A DNA stretch of 64,000 bases. Origin: a virus. Taxonomy: Duplodnaviria > Caudoviricetes. This document shows positions 39,495-49,761 of this stretch, in pieces. Under the pieces are notes generated by a model. That model worked only from the letters and a program-made list of their open reading frames with translations, was not told the DNA's origin and did no database searches. The stretch's first letter is position 1, and every line of letters starts with the position of its first letter. The stretch covers positions 32,001-96,000 of IMG/VR virus record IMGVR_UViG_3300037484_000435; one strand, written 5' to 3'. The translations under genes and the position numbers were made by a program.

Positions 39495-41288
39495 ATGAAA
39501 TTCGGAAAAGTAGCACTGATTGGTATTCTTGCTTTATCAGTTCTCATTTTCACAGGCCCAGACCTCACCGTTTACGCAAAGGGAGGTGGCGGGAGTTCTA
39601 GTAGTAGCAGGAGTAGTTCAAGTAGCTTCTCCTCAAGCAAAAGCAGTTTCTCCTCTTCGTCTTCCTATTCCAAACCTTCTCTCCCCTCTTCCAGCTCGGG
39701 CTATTCTAAGCCTACTACAAGCACTTGGGGTGGACGTAGCGGAGATGGAGTAGTAAGCAAACCTGCGGTTGCAACGAGTTCTGGTTATACAAAACCCACA
39801 AGCAGTAATGCTGCAAAGACGCCAGCGGGTTCTAGCGGGTACACAAAACCTAGTAGCAGTACCACCACAGCCACAACCGTAACAGCACAAAAGGTTTCGT
39901 TCTCTGGAGCAGGGAAGTCTACTTTTGATAAGGGTGCAACTACCTCTATACAGAGACAGAAGTCTGCTGAGTCACTCTCAGCTTACAAAGCAGAACAATC
40001 CAAGTTCAAACAACCAGAAAAACCATTTGATAAGAACACTTACGCTAACAACGGGCTGTACAAGAGTGCCCCAGTGTACAGTGGCTACAGTGCAAAGACA
40101 CAGATAACGGTTAGGAACAACTACTATGGCGGCATGGGCTATTCCCCGCCGATGTACTACACTTCATTTAGCCCTTCCTACGGTGTCTTTGATACAATGT
40201 TCATGTTCTGGATGCTTGATAGCATGCACACAAATGCTGAAGCTAGGGCGATGGCACATAACTACCGCAATGACCCTGGTTACCAACAGTGGAGAAGGGA
40301 CGCGGATAAACAAGCAGACACGAACGCTGAACTGAAAGCCAAGCTGGCGTCTATGGATGCCGAAATGGCCAAACTAAAAGACCAGCCTGTAAACCCTAAC
40401 TATGTACCGAAAGGAATACCTTCCGAAGCAATCGTAGCCCCGCAGGCTATGATGGCGAAGACTCCTGCTACGGCACCCTTGGTTTTTGCTAGCGGGCAAA
40501 AGTCTGGGAAGTATTTCATGTTCGCGGAAGCACTAAAGGGCAATGCAAATACGGTTGGTGTAAAAGTGGAGGCGACCGCGGGCTCTATGGAAAACCTTAA
40601 ACTGCTAATAGCGGGAAAAGCTGATATGGCTCTGGTGCAATCCGATGCGTTAGCAATGTTTGATAAGGAATTTCCGAATCAGAAACTGTCTTGTGAACAG
40701 ACTATAATCTACCCCGAATACATGCAGTTGATTGTCAATTCGAGTAGTGGTATTAAATCAATCAACGACATGCTGGATGGAAAGACAGAAGTCTGTTTTC
40801 CTAAGGGAAGTGGTAGTGCGGTATCGTGGGACGCCTTGTGCGAAAAGGACCCGAAGTATAAAAAGATACCAGTCAGACATATCCTGATGAATAGTGAGAG
40901 TGTTAATGAAGTCGCAAAGAACTCTAAACTTGCTCTCTTTCTGGTTGCGGGACTTAATGCCCCAGCTATGCAACAAGCAGAAAAGATTGCGAAAGAAAAG
41001 GGAACTCTGCAGTTGGCTTCTATTGAAGACACACACATGCTGGACAAAACAGACAGCCACGGGAACAAAGTTTACACCTATTACGAGATTACCAAAGATA
41101 CTTATCCCGCTCTACAAAAGGGCTGGTGGTTCTTCAAGCGTGACGTAAAGACCTTGGGTGTTGACGCTGTATTGGTTTTGCGTACAGCATGGGTTGAACA
41201 GTATGGGCAGGAAGCTCTTGAGGCCCTTACTCTATCGGTTTTGGAAACAAAGTCTGAAGTTGACCGAACAATCATAGCAAAAAGGTAA
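39495..41288 (+). CDS. secreted Ser/Thr-rich protein fused to a TAXI-type periplasmic solute-binding domain
   Basis: signal peptide, GGGGSSSS low-complexity tract, C-terminal FASGQKSGKY, TAGSMENLKLL..GKADMALVQSDA, IYPEYMQLIV, INDML.GK.VCFPKGSG. Confidence 0.7.
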   Translation: MKFGKVALIGILALSVLIFTGPDLTVYAKGGGGSSSSSRSSSSSFSSSKSSFSSSSSYSKPSLPSSSSGYSKPTTSTWGGRSGDGVVSKPAVATSSGYTKPTSSNAAKTPAGSSGYTKPSSSTTTATTVTAQKVSFSGAGKSTFDKGATTSIQRQKSAESLSAYKAEQSKFKQPEKPFDKNTYANNGLYKSAPVYSGYSAKTQITVRNNYYGGMGYSPPMYYTSFSPSYGVFDTMFMFWMLDSMHTNAEARAMAHNYRNDPGYQQWRRDADKQADTNAELKAKLASMDAEMAKLKDQPVNPNYVPKGIPSEAIVAPQAMMAKTPATAPLVFASGQKSGKYFMFAEALKGNANTVGVKVEATAGSMENLKLLIAGKADMALVQSDALAMFDKEFPNQKLSCEQTIIYPEYMQLIVNSSSGIKSINDMLDGKTEVCFPKGSGSAVSWDALCEKDPKYKKIPVRHILMNSESVNEVAKNSKLALFLVAGLNAPAMQQAEKIAKEKGTLQLASIEDTHMLDKTDSHGNKVYTYYEITKDTYPALQKGWWFFKRDVKTLGVDAVLVLRTAWVEQYGQEALEALTLSVLETKSEVDRTIIAKR

Positions 41289-41295
41289 ATAAAAA

Positions 41296-42027
41296 ATGGC
41301 AAGTACTTGGGCATTGTTCCGAGAAATAGCCAAAAAAAAGTTGACTTGGGGGAGTAGCACTGTCGAGAAACCACGTATCGACCGTGACCTCCCCTTAGGA
41401 CTTCGTATTGGCTCGTTGGTAAGTATTATGTCGGTGGACGCAATACTCGCAGGCGATCAGCTTAAAATCAAAATGCCTACACAAGACCTTATGGTTGTGG
41501 CGTATGGCAAGTTCGATGTGAACCCATTTAAGGGCCACCGATTCTATCTGTCGGCAGATTCGGGGGAACTTTTCACCCTACAGGTTGTCACAAATACAAA
41601 GGGCGAGATAGATGACTGCAAACTATTCTCCCTCCACGACGAAATCATCACAAATGACTGGGACTTCTGGCTCAACGAACGAGACGGATATATTGGGTAC
41701 AGCGTTTTCCAATTAAAACCAGAAGATGGTGGTGTTACTTATTTCCGTGCTTGGGATAACGAACTGGAACAGGTTGTTATTGAACAAAACGAAGAAGGAA
41801 ATATTACACGTATTCCCCCTGTCGAACTTACTGAAACAATTTATGGTGACCCGTTTGCTGGTGAAGTTAGAAGAGTAAAACACACGTCCATGCTCTATGG
41901 GCGTGACGTTACTGACTCGGTACAAGAATACATGATGGTGTCCGTCGCTGAAGACAAAGACGGTGCTAGCATCCAAATTATTATCGGGCTCCCATTGGAA
42001 CCCGCATCTATCAAAGTTCTATTCTAA
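41296..42027 (+). CDS. DUF2491 (YjfK-like) family protein
   Basis: LPLGLRIGSLV, HRFYL, LQV, WDFWL...GYIG, HTSMLYGR, EYMMVS; next to a PspA-like gene. Confidence 0.6.
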   Translation: MASTWALFREIAKKKLTWGSSTVEKPRIDRDLPLGLRIGSLVSIMSVDAILAGDQLKIKMPTQDLMVVAYGKFDVNPFKGHRFYLSADSGELFTLQVVTNTKGEIDDCKLFSLHDEIITNDWDFWLNERDGYIGYSVFQLKPEDGGVTYFRAWDNELEQVVIEQNEEGNITRIPPVELTETIYGDPFAGEVRRVKHTSMLYGRDVTDSVQEYMMVSVAEDKDGASIQIIIGLPLEPASIKVLF

Positions 42028-42039
42028 AGGAGACAACAA

Positions 42040-42792
42040 ATGGCAGGAGTATTTGGTTTTCTGAGTTCATTTGGTAAGGAAAAAGCAAAGGATGCTCAAG
42101 AAGGTTTCTTGCAGAAACTGGTTGCTTGGGACCCTGAAACTGCTTCAAGAGCAGAGATTGAGGAAATGATTAAGGAACTCGATCAGATTACAATCGAAGC
42201 AGGAAAAGCCAGTGCCGAGTTCAAGAAAGAAAAGGCAGAAGCGGAAGCCGCTAACGCTAATTATAAAAAGTATCTGGCGGCAGCAGAACTTCTGAATTCA
42301 CAGGTAGAATCTGGTGATACAAACAAGCAGGCGAGCCTAGAGAAATTGCTGGCAGAACTGGAAACCCTAAGACCCGAAGTCGAGAGGGAAGAAAGAGAAG
42401 CGAAAGAGGCCGAAGAATATTACCTCCAAGTGAAAGACTTGGCAGAAGCTACTGCGGCCAAACTGAAGACAGCTCAGTCTACCCTGGAAAGAGCTAAGAA
42501 AGACATGCGTTCCGCCGAGATCGAGAAGCAAAGAGCGGAACAGAGAGCTGCAAAAGCAGAACAGTTGGCTGGCCTACGAAAGGACTCCAGCAGTATGGGT
42601 ATTGCGTTGGCAGCAATGAACAAGCAAGCAGAGAAGGCACGCGCCGAGGCTGCTGCGTCTGGGATGAAAGCCACGCTGTTAGGTGACATGAAGAAGGAAG
42701 ACCCGAACATCGCGGAGGCCTTGAAGACCGTGGGTGGGGAAGCCCCTAAGAATGCGTCAGTAACTGAGCGTTTAGCAGCGTTACGTAAATAA
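42040..42792 (+). CDS. PspA/IM30-like coiled-coil protein
   Basis: long Ala/Glu/Lys heptad coiled coil ending ERLAALRK. Confidence 0.55.
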   Translation: MAGVFGFLSSFGKEKAKDAQEGFLQKLVAWDPETASRAEIEEMIKELDQITIEAGKASAEFKKEKAEAEAANANYKKYLAAAELLNSQVESGDTNKQASLEKLLAELETLRPEVEREEREAKEAEEYYLQVKDLAEATAAKLKTAQSTLERAKKDMRSAEIEKQRAEQRAAKAEQLAGLRKDSSSMGIALAAMNKQAEKARAEAAASGMKATLLGDMKKEDPNIAEALKTVGGEAPKNASVTERLAALRK

Positions 42793-42879
42793 CATCTCAT
42801 CATTGACCTTGCCTTGCCAATGAGAACTGGGAGTCCGCTTTATGCGGGCTCTCACAACAAAAAAGAAAAGAGGAAACAC

Positions 42880-43506
42880 ATGGATTTTTTCACCATCGTT
42901 ATAATATTGTCTGTCGTTGTCGTTGTGGGTGTGGGAGTCATTGGTTACGCTTTGTTCTTTGGAAAGAAAGAAGAAGTAGGCGTGGATGCAGAGGATGTCA
43001 CACTTCTATCAGCAGGCCTTCAAGACCCCATGTTGGGAGTAGCTGCTTACACAGCGGGTAAAGCCTCACAAAAACGTAAACGAGTAGGCTGCTGTGGAGA
43101 TGATTGCAGTTGTGGAACAGATATAGATATTGCTGACGACTTTGCCGCAGCTATGGTTACTTCACTTACTGATGACCCGCCCTCAGATAGTGAATTCATA
43201 GTGGAGGAACCAGAGCCCCCTGTAGCATATAGTCATGCAAATATACTTCAAGCAGAAGACCTGACGCCGAACCCAGTATTCCATCATGTGGACCTAGGTA
43301 AGACTGAAGAACCGAGCCCTACCGTGGAAGAATCTAGGCCGTCATGGGAAGACACCCCAGCAAGTAGCTCTAGCTTTTCCCACGCTGAATACGGGAGTTC
43401 CGAAAGCTCTTCGTCCTCATCAAGCTACTCTGATAGTGGTAGTTCTTCGAGCTCATGTGATTCTGGTAGCTCGTGTGATTCTGGCGGAGGATGCGGAGGG
43501 GATTAA
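42880..43506 (+). CDS. membrane-anchored acidic protein with Ser-rich tail ending SSCDSGGGCGGD
   Basis: N-terminal TM helix after AGGA RBS; low-complexity C-terminus. Confidence 0.55.
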   Translation: MDFFTIVIILSVVVVVGVGVIGYALFFGKKEEVGVDAEDVTLLSAGLQDPMLGVAAYTAGKASQKRKRVGCCGDDCSCGTDIDIADDFAAAMVTSLTDDPPSDSEFIVEEPEPPVAYSHANILQAEDLTPNPVFHHVDLGKTEEPSPTVEESRPSWEDTPASSSSFSHAEYGSSESSSSSSSYSDSGSSSSSCDSGSSCDSGGGCGGD

Positions 43507-43551
43507 CTAACCTTATATAGGAAAACACAGTCTTTAAACTGTTTACGCAGT

Positions 43552-43639
43552 GCGAGAGTGCTGGAATTGGTAGTCAACTATGTTTTAGAGGCATAGGCAC
43601 AACATGTGCGTGGGAGTTCGAGTCTCCCCTCTCGCACCA
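43552..43639 (+). tRNA. tRNA-Leu(TAG)
   Basis: TATGT-TTTAGAG-GCATA, long V-arm, A73-CCA. Confidence 0.92.
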
Positions 43640-43643
43640 TAAT

Positions 43644-43727
43644 GCCGGGGTGTTGGAATTGGTAGTCTTGCGAGACTCAAAATCTTGTGTCCGAAAGGGC
43701 GTGGGGGTTCGAGTCCCCCTCCCGGTA
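43644..43727 (+). tRNA. tRNA-Leu(CAA)
   Basis: CGAGA-CTCAAAA-TCTTG, long V-arm, A73. Confidence 0.92.
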
Positions 43728-43731
43728 CAAC

Positions 43732-43816
43732 CTATCTGTTGGCGAGTCTGGTACGCCACTGGCTTTGGGAGCCAGCTTCCGCAAGGGAATCGCAGGTTCA
43801 AATCCTGCCAGATAGA
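43732..43816 (+). tRNA. tRNA-Pro(TGG) with 16-nt variable arm
   Basis: CTATCTG/CAGATAG acceptor, A73, CTGGC-TTTGGGA-GCCAG, V-arm TTCC-GCAA-GGGA. Confidence 0.88.
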
Positions 43817-43878
43817 CAAGACTCGAATTAACTAACTTCCTAGATACTACAAAAGATTCAGTTCTAGGAGGTTGGTTA

Positions 43879-44847
43879 ATGAGTAGAGTAGAGCACTTCG
43901 AAAGCATAAGACATCTTGGTACAGTGGCTAACAGCAACAAACGTCGGGCCGATTATTATAATAACCCGAATTACTGTAAAAATTGTGGTAAAGTAATAGA
44001 AATAAAAGAGGGGCAGAAACCCTCAGAAGTAAGGGTTAAGAAGTTCTGTAACACATCCTGTGCGGCATCTTACAACAACACAGGAATAAACAGACATGCC
44101 CGCCACGAGTTAGCTCCGGATAAATCAAACTCCGCGAAGGTTGGTGCGACGAAAGCGGCAGCAAATAGGCGTTGGAGGGCACTACGAGATTATTACCAAG
44201 ATCCGCACTACTGTAATTATTGTGGTTACTTAATCGAAGTTAGAGTTGACGAGCAAGTTAGTGATACCAAGAAAAGAAGGTTCTGTAATCAAACATGCAA
44301 GGAATTACACCACGCTAGTGGTATAATGAGGCGGGGACCAGACGAAACTGTACATACAGCAAAAAAGGTAGTTTCTAAAAGAAAAAAATTCTCTACCTCT
44401 GTAAAGACACCTTACGGAAAATGTGAGAGATGTGGGTCGAGAGTCTTTTATAGGTCGCATACTACAAAACTAGGATTTTATAAATCTCGTCAATATTGTG
44501 ATGAGTGCCTTAAAGTTATTAGATCGGAAGCATCGAAGAAGGGAAATGGTAAAAATGCTTTACCTAAACCTATTGTGGAATATACAAAAGGGGAACTCTT
44601 AGACCTAAAAGGCTACACCCGTTACAAGAACTTGTTAATAAAACATGCAAATAAGACTTTTGATGAGTCAGGGCGGGAAAGAGTGTGCGTTAAGTGTGGT
44701 TACTCCCTCGTGGATATATGCCACATTAAAGATGTGTCAGATTTCTCGGAGGATTCTCTAATAAAAGAGATTAATGATATTGCAAATTTGGTGGCTTTGT
44801 GTCCCACGCATCATCGAGAGTTCGACAAGAAATTATTTAACCTCTAG
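43879..44847 (+). CDS. HNH homing endonuclease (family copy 6) with duplicated N-terminal zinc module
   Basis: YY..P.YC..CG..I......FCN..C occurs twice; CVKCGY..VDICHIK...LCPTHHREFD. Confidence 0.8.
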   Translation: MSRVEHFESIRHLGTVANSNKRRADYYNNPNYCKNCGKVIEIKEGQKPSEVRVKKFCNTSCAASYNNTGINRHARHELAPDKSNSAKVGATKAAANRRWRALRDYYQDPHYCNYCGYLIEVRVDEQVSDTKKRRFCNQTCKELHHASGIMRRGPDETVHTAKKVVSKRKKFSTSVKTPYGKCERCGSRVFYRSHTTKLGFYKSRQYCDECLKVIRSEASKKGNGKNALPKPIVEYTKGELLDLKGYTRYKNLLIKHANKTFDESGRERVCVKCGYSLVDICHIKDVSDFSEDSLIKEINDIANLVALCPTHHREFDKKLFNL

Positions 44848-45581
44848 AGGAACAAAACAAATGTCTGAATCTATCTATTTTCAGGTAGAAGCCAACTTCG
44901 GAAAAGAGTGGCAAAGGAACGGGCAGAAACACACAACTTTTGAAATGGCAGCAAGTATGGCTAAACATTTTCAACGTATGGCCCGAGTAAGGATAGTCAA
45001 AACTACTGAGGAAATTCAAGAAGAGATTATCACTTTAGAAGGAACGTAAACAAAAGGAGGCAAAATCATGGCCGAATTAGATATGGACCACACAGTTACC
45101 ATACGAGAGCTGGTCCACCTAGCACACTTTCTCAGGTCTGAGCACGGTGAAAACGACGAATACGATCGGGCTTTGCTAGAGCTCGTAACAGACGCGGCAC
45201 ACATTCCTCAAAATGATAGAACTATTGTTGCGAGGGCAATAGGTATACCTGACTACATTCATAGGAAATGAGCCATGACACACTGGACAGAAAGAAGCAC
45301 AGAAGACTATCTCTACAGTATTGTCGCTGATTTTGCTTTACAGATTGAAGAACTGTGCGAAGAAGACAACCTTGAAGAAGGTTTTATGGAAGAGCCCGAG
45401 ACAATCACATTAGAAAAGATTATCAAATTGGCTCGTTCTAAAAAGATGAAGGTGGCTTTGGTTGCCTACGACGACAATGACCCTGATAACGAACGTGGTC
45501 CAGTAAATGCGGATATCTTTCGGATATGCTGGGAGAAGTGTGGTAAACCAACAACCTTTTTTGACCTAGAAGAGACGTAAT

Positions 45582-45666
45582 GCGGACGTGATGGAATTGG
45601 TAGTCAACAAAGTCTGAGAGGCTTTGGCACATATTGTGCGTAGGAGTTCGACTCTCCTCGTCCGCA
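45582..45666 (+). tRNA. tRNA-Leu(GAG)
   Basis: AAAGT-CTGAGAG-GCTTT, long V-arm, A73. Confidence 0.92.
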
Positions 45667-47636
45667 CAAGAAAGGAACATATTATGAGTATAAGTTTTGG
45701 TTCCAAAATAGTAAGGGACAAAGACGGTAGTGAACACCTTGTCGCTACCATACGTGTAGGTTCTGGGGGACATATAGTTCCTGCCTCTATCAAGGTAGAG
45801 CAAAAAGAAGAAGGAAAGGATACAAAATGAAAACATTTTTGATTACATGCATACTGTTGGTGTGCTTCGCAGGAGTTGGGTTTTGTGAAGAGGCTAAACA
45901 GCTTACGGGACCTCAGGCACTGATAGCGGGACCCCAAACAGTTGTTGGAAAAGAAATAGTTGCGGTCGCACAAAGCATCACGACAGTCTCCGAAGATTTT
46001 ATGAAAACCTCCATCGGAAGTGTTGCCTACTACGCACTGATGTGGAAACTACTGATAAAGCCTGTCCTCAACATTGCATTGGGTATCCCTATCTGGGCCC
46101 TGCTGAATTACTTGTTGTGGGTGTTGACCATGAAATTCTTCGGAACAGAACGAGTAGAGACCAACTGGGCAGATGGTAAGAAGGATGTTAGTTACGTTCC
46201 CACATTTACGTTTCGAAATGATGGGGCAGTGGGAGCCGGAATAGCTCTTGCGAGTCTTGCGTGTATTGTGAATACATGTGGATTCCTTGTTGTGTTCTGT
46301 TAAGGATATAAAATGTCAGCAGTAAAACCCATAACGCCAGACGAGGTTGTTGAAAGAAAAAAGGAAACTATTCCTGATATAGTATTTGAAGTATTCAATT
46401 ACCTTATAGCGGAAAACTTTAATGGCCACTCTGCCACAATCTTACAAAAAGAAGTCGACGCCTTACTTAAAAAGAAAAAGGTAAACGTAGATGAAGCTTA
46501 TAAGAGACACTGGTTAGACGTCGAGGACATTTATCGTGGGGCTGGGTGGGATGTAGCTTACGACAAACCTGCGTATAATGAAACTTACGAAGCCAGTTTT
46601 GAATTTCGGCCCGCCAAGAAGCGAAAGGCCCAATTCTTTGAGCGGAGGGGTTAACATATGGAACAAACCAAGATGGACTTCTCTCCAGATTTTCCTGAGC
46701 TTTCTTTTACTTCTCGTAAGAAAGTCGTTACTGAACATAGGGTAACTATTTTTGGAAAGGATATGGATGCTGTAGATTTTTATGATTGGTTGAGCTGGCT
46801 AGCAGGCTCTCGCTACACCGAAGACTTTCCACCTTCGCCTAGCTCTAGGATTTATGATGACGACAGAGATTTATTCCAGAAGTTAGGCTTGGTAGACCAA
46901 CGTGACAATTGGGTATGGGAAAGGCTAGATAAATTTCTGGAATACTTTGGGGAGATTTTTGAAAAGTTAGAGGAAAACGAAGACCCAGATTATTATCTGG
47001 ACGAGGAATAAATGGAAATTGTGAAAGATAATACGGACGTATTCGTAGGGGAACCTGTAGAGAGTAATCTATGGGATATACCCCTGTTTCAAACAACTAG
47101 AGAAGAGGACCAATACGTTACAAGTATTGTAGACGAACTCTTTCCTGAACAAGGGAAAGAAAGAATTCATGCTTTGCATCTGATTGACCGCCTATATTAT
47201 GAGGCCAAACTGAAATGTCAACAGCAGTTATTAACGATGTTCCAGACGAGGTCGGCAAAATAATGGAGCCACATTCAGACGAATATCTCAGAGAAAACGG
47301 ATTAATCCGAGAAATGATGCAACAGGGAGAATTTGCCTGTCTAGTAGAGGTCGTTAAGGAACCTTACAGCACTTTCATTGTCCAATGGTGGTGTAGGAAG
47401 ACGGATAAAGAGTATGAGGCTAGTGCAGATAAGCTGTTAGACGCCTTAGCTAGCGTATTAGGGCAAGCACATGTAGACCCCAAACCTTGGGTAACCGAGG
47501 AAGAGTGTGCAGAGACAGCGGAGAGATGTAAAATAAAAATCTATATACCTGACCCTGAGCATCCGTTCAGGCCTAGGCATTTAGATTAAGTATTAGCTAA
47601 CCTCCTAGTTATGATAAAAGCACTGGGAGGTCGAAC

Positions 47637-48452
47637 ATGGGGATTGACAGAAGGACGTGGACGGACAAACAATTGGTTGAAGCGGTCGCTTCCTGTACAA
47701 GTATGTCTGCAGTTATTAGGAAACTGGGTCTAAAAGTTCACTCAGGAAATTATAGGACTTTACGGTATTATATTGACCAACTAGAGTTGGATACAGGACA
47801 TTGGGTACCATGGACTTTACCTGCCCAAGAACTCACCAACAAGATGTCTTTACAAGATGCCTTAGTTGCTGATAGCCCTTACAAAAATAATACTCATCTG
47901 AAGAAACGCTTGTTACGGGAAGGAATACTAGCTAATAAATGTGTACAATGTGGTCTTGAAGGTATGTGGTGTGAAGAACCAATAGTTATGAGGTTAGACC
48001 ATATTAATGGAAACTGCAGGGACAATAGATTAGAAAATCTTAGAATACTTTGTCCCAATTGTGATAGCCAGACAGATACATTTGCGGGTCGAAATAACAA
48101 AAATGTAAAAAAGGTTCGTTTTTGTTCCTCGTGCGAAAAACCAGTTACAAATAACTCGAAGACTGGTTTATGTAGGAACTGTTCCCTTACACAGAATAGA
48201 GCAAGGATTCCTAAAAATGAATACCCTATCTGCAATCTACCTGAATGCGGTGTAAGAGTAACTCGTAGAAGTAATAAGTATTGTTCTTCAGAATGCGCGA
48301 GTAAGAGCAGACGGTTGGTAGAACGGCCATCAAAGGAACAATTGCAAAAAGATATTCAATCTTTGAATTTTCTTACCTTAAGCAAGAAGTACGGAGTATC
48401 GGATAACGCGGTAAGGAAATGGGCACAAAGTTACAATTTGTCGTATAAATAA
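47637..48452 (+). CDS. HNH endonuclease (different subfamily) with C-terminal HTH
   Basis: CVQCG..W....I.MRLDHING..RDNRLENLRILCPNCDSQT; YGVSDNAVRKW. Confidence 0.88.
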   Translation: MGIDRRTWTDKQLVEAVASCTSMSAVIRKLGLKVHSGNYRTLRYYIDQLELDTGHWVPWTLPAQELTNKMSLQDALVADSPYKNNTHLKKRLLREGILANKCVQCGLEGMWCEEPIVMRLDHINGNCRDNRLENLRILCPNCDSQTDTFAGRNNKNVKKVRFCSSCEKPVTNNSKTGLCRNCSLTQNRARIPKNEYPICNLPECGVRVTRRSNKYCSSECASKSRRLVERPSKEQLQKDIQSLNFLTLSKKYGVSDNAVRKWAQSYNLSYK

Positions 48453-48456
48453 CAAT

Positions 48457-48540
48457 GGGCAGGTAGGGAAACGGCTTACCCCACCTCGCTGTAAACGAGG
48501 CGCTTCGGCTTTGGAGGTTCAAATCCTCCCCTGCCCACCA
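48457..48540 (+). tRNA. tRNA-Tyr(GTA)
   Basis: CCTCG-CTGTAAA-CGAGG, V-arm, A73-CCA. Confidence 0.93.
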
Positions 48541-48870
48541 CAAGCATAGGAGCAAATATGAGCAACGATATTGGGTCACGTTTTCGATCGATCGCAACAC
48601 ACCAACTAATGGCAATAAGTGGTGCCGCAAAAATGTACAGTGTAGACGAGGTAGTATTTGTTAAGAGGGCTCTCGGAGAAAAAGCTACCTATCTGACACA
48701 GGTCGCTGACCTATGTTACAATGACGCGGTTTTGGTTTTAGAATACGCTAGAAGTCTTATGGCTATTAAAGATGGCGTCCGAGAAGGCGAGCTCGTAATG
48801 AAGATAGCAGACCTAGATGAACGTCTTAGGTACGTCGAAAGCCTACACGAACCCCCGAGAGGATAATACT

Positions 48871-49461
48871 TTGTTTGATCGACCAGCAACAATCGTTGGC
48901 CTTGGAAATCCGGGACCAGACTATGAACACACACGTCACAATATAGGGTTCATGGTTTTGGATAAGTTGTCTAACAATGTGGGGTTTGGTTACTGGCCTT
49001 CAGTGGACAACGCTAAACTACACGCGATCGTAATCAACGAATGTCCTGTTCTCCTTGTTAAACCACAAACCTTTATGAACACTAGTGGTGAAGCTGTAAA
49101 ATTAGTTGCGGACGGCCTCGGCTCTGATGAAATCATTATCATACACGATGACCTAGACCTTCCTTTTGGTAGTGTAAGAATCAAGCGTGGTGGAAGTGAT
49201 GGGGGCCACCGAGGCATTCGTTCAATCATAAAAGAACTCGGTTCAAAAGATTTTATTCGAATTCGCCTAGGTATTGGGCACCCCCCTGAAGGAACAGATG
49301 TCCTAGACTTTGTCCTTTCTCCTTTCCTCCCAGAAGAACAAGAAACCTTAGATGAATTTGTAAGCAGGGGAAAAGAGGCAGTGGAACTTATCGTTCGTGA
49401 AGGTGTCTCATACGCACAGAACACACTGAACGGGATTAATATAAAGAATGGGGAGTGCTAA
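48871..49461 (+). CDS. pth: peptidyl-tRNA hydrolase
   Basis: IVGLGNPG..YE.TRHNIGF, LVKPQTFMN.SG, IHDDLDLPFG, GGSDGGHRGIRSI, RIRLGIG; TTG start inferred after GAGGA. Confidence 0.95.
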   Translation: MFDRPATIVGLGNPGPDYEHTRHNIGFMVLDKLSNNVGFGYWPSVDNAKLHAIVINECPVLLVKPQTFMNTSGEAVKLVADGLGSDEIIIIHDDLDLPFGSVRIKRGGSDGGHRGIRSIIKELGSKDFIRIRLGIGHPPEGTDVLDFVLSPFLPEEQETLDEFVSRGKEAVELIVREGVSYAQNTLNGINIKNGEC

Positions 49462-49761
49462 AGAGGAATGCACAAATGCTAGATTGGCTACCCAACACAA
49501 ACGAAGAAATGCAACCTGACGATTACTACAGGGCCGCGTTAGAAGTGACAGAAAATGGCTACTTGAGTTGGAAGTATATTGCTCCTAAGCACCACAAAAC
49601 AGAAAGCCCGCTTACAGCAATATCGTTTGAGCTAGAGGATACCGTATTTACGTGCAGAAAAAACAAAAAAGTTCTGATTAAAATACGATTAAACTCAGAA
49701 ACAGCGGAGGCACTGTGGTCTGTTATATACAAAAGTACACAATAAAATAGGGGAGATTTAA

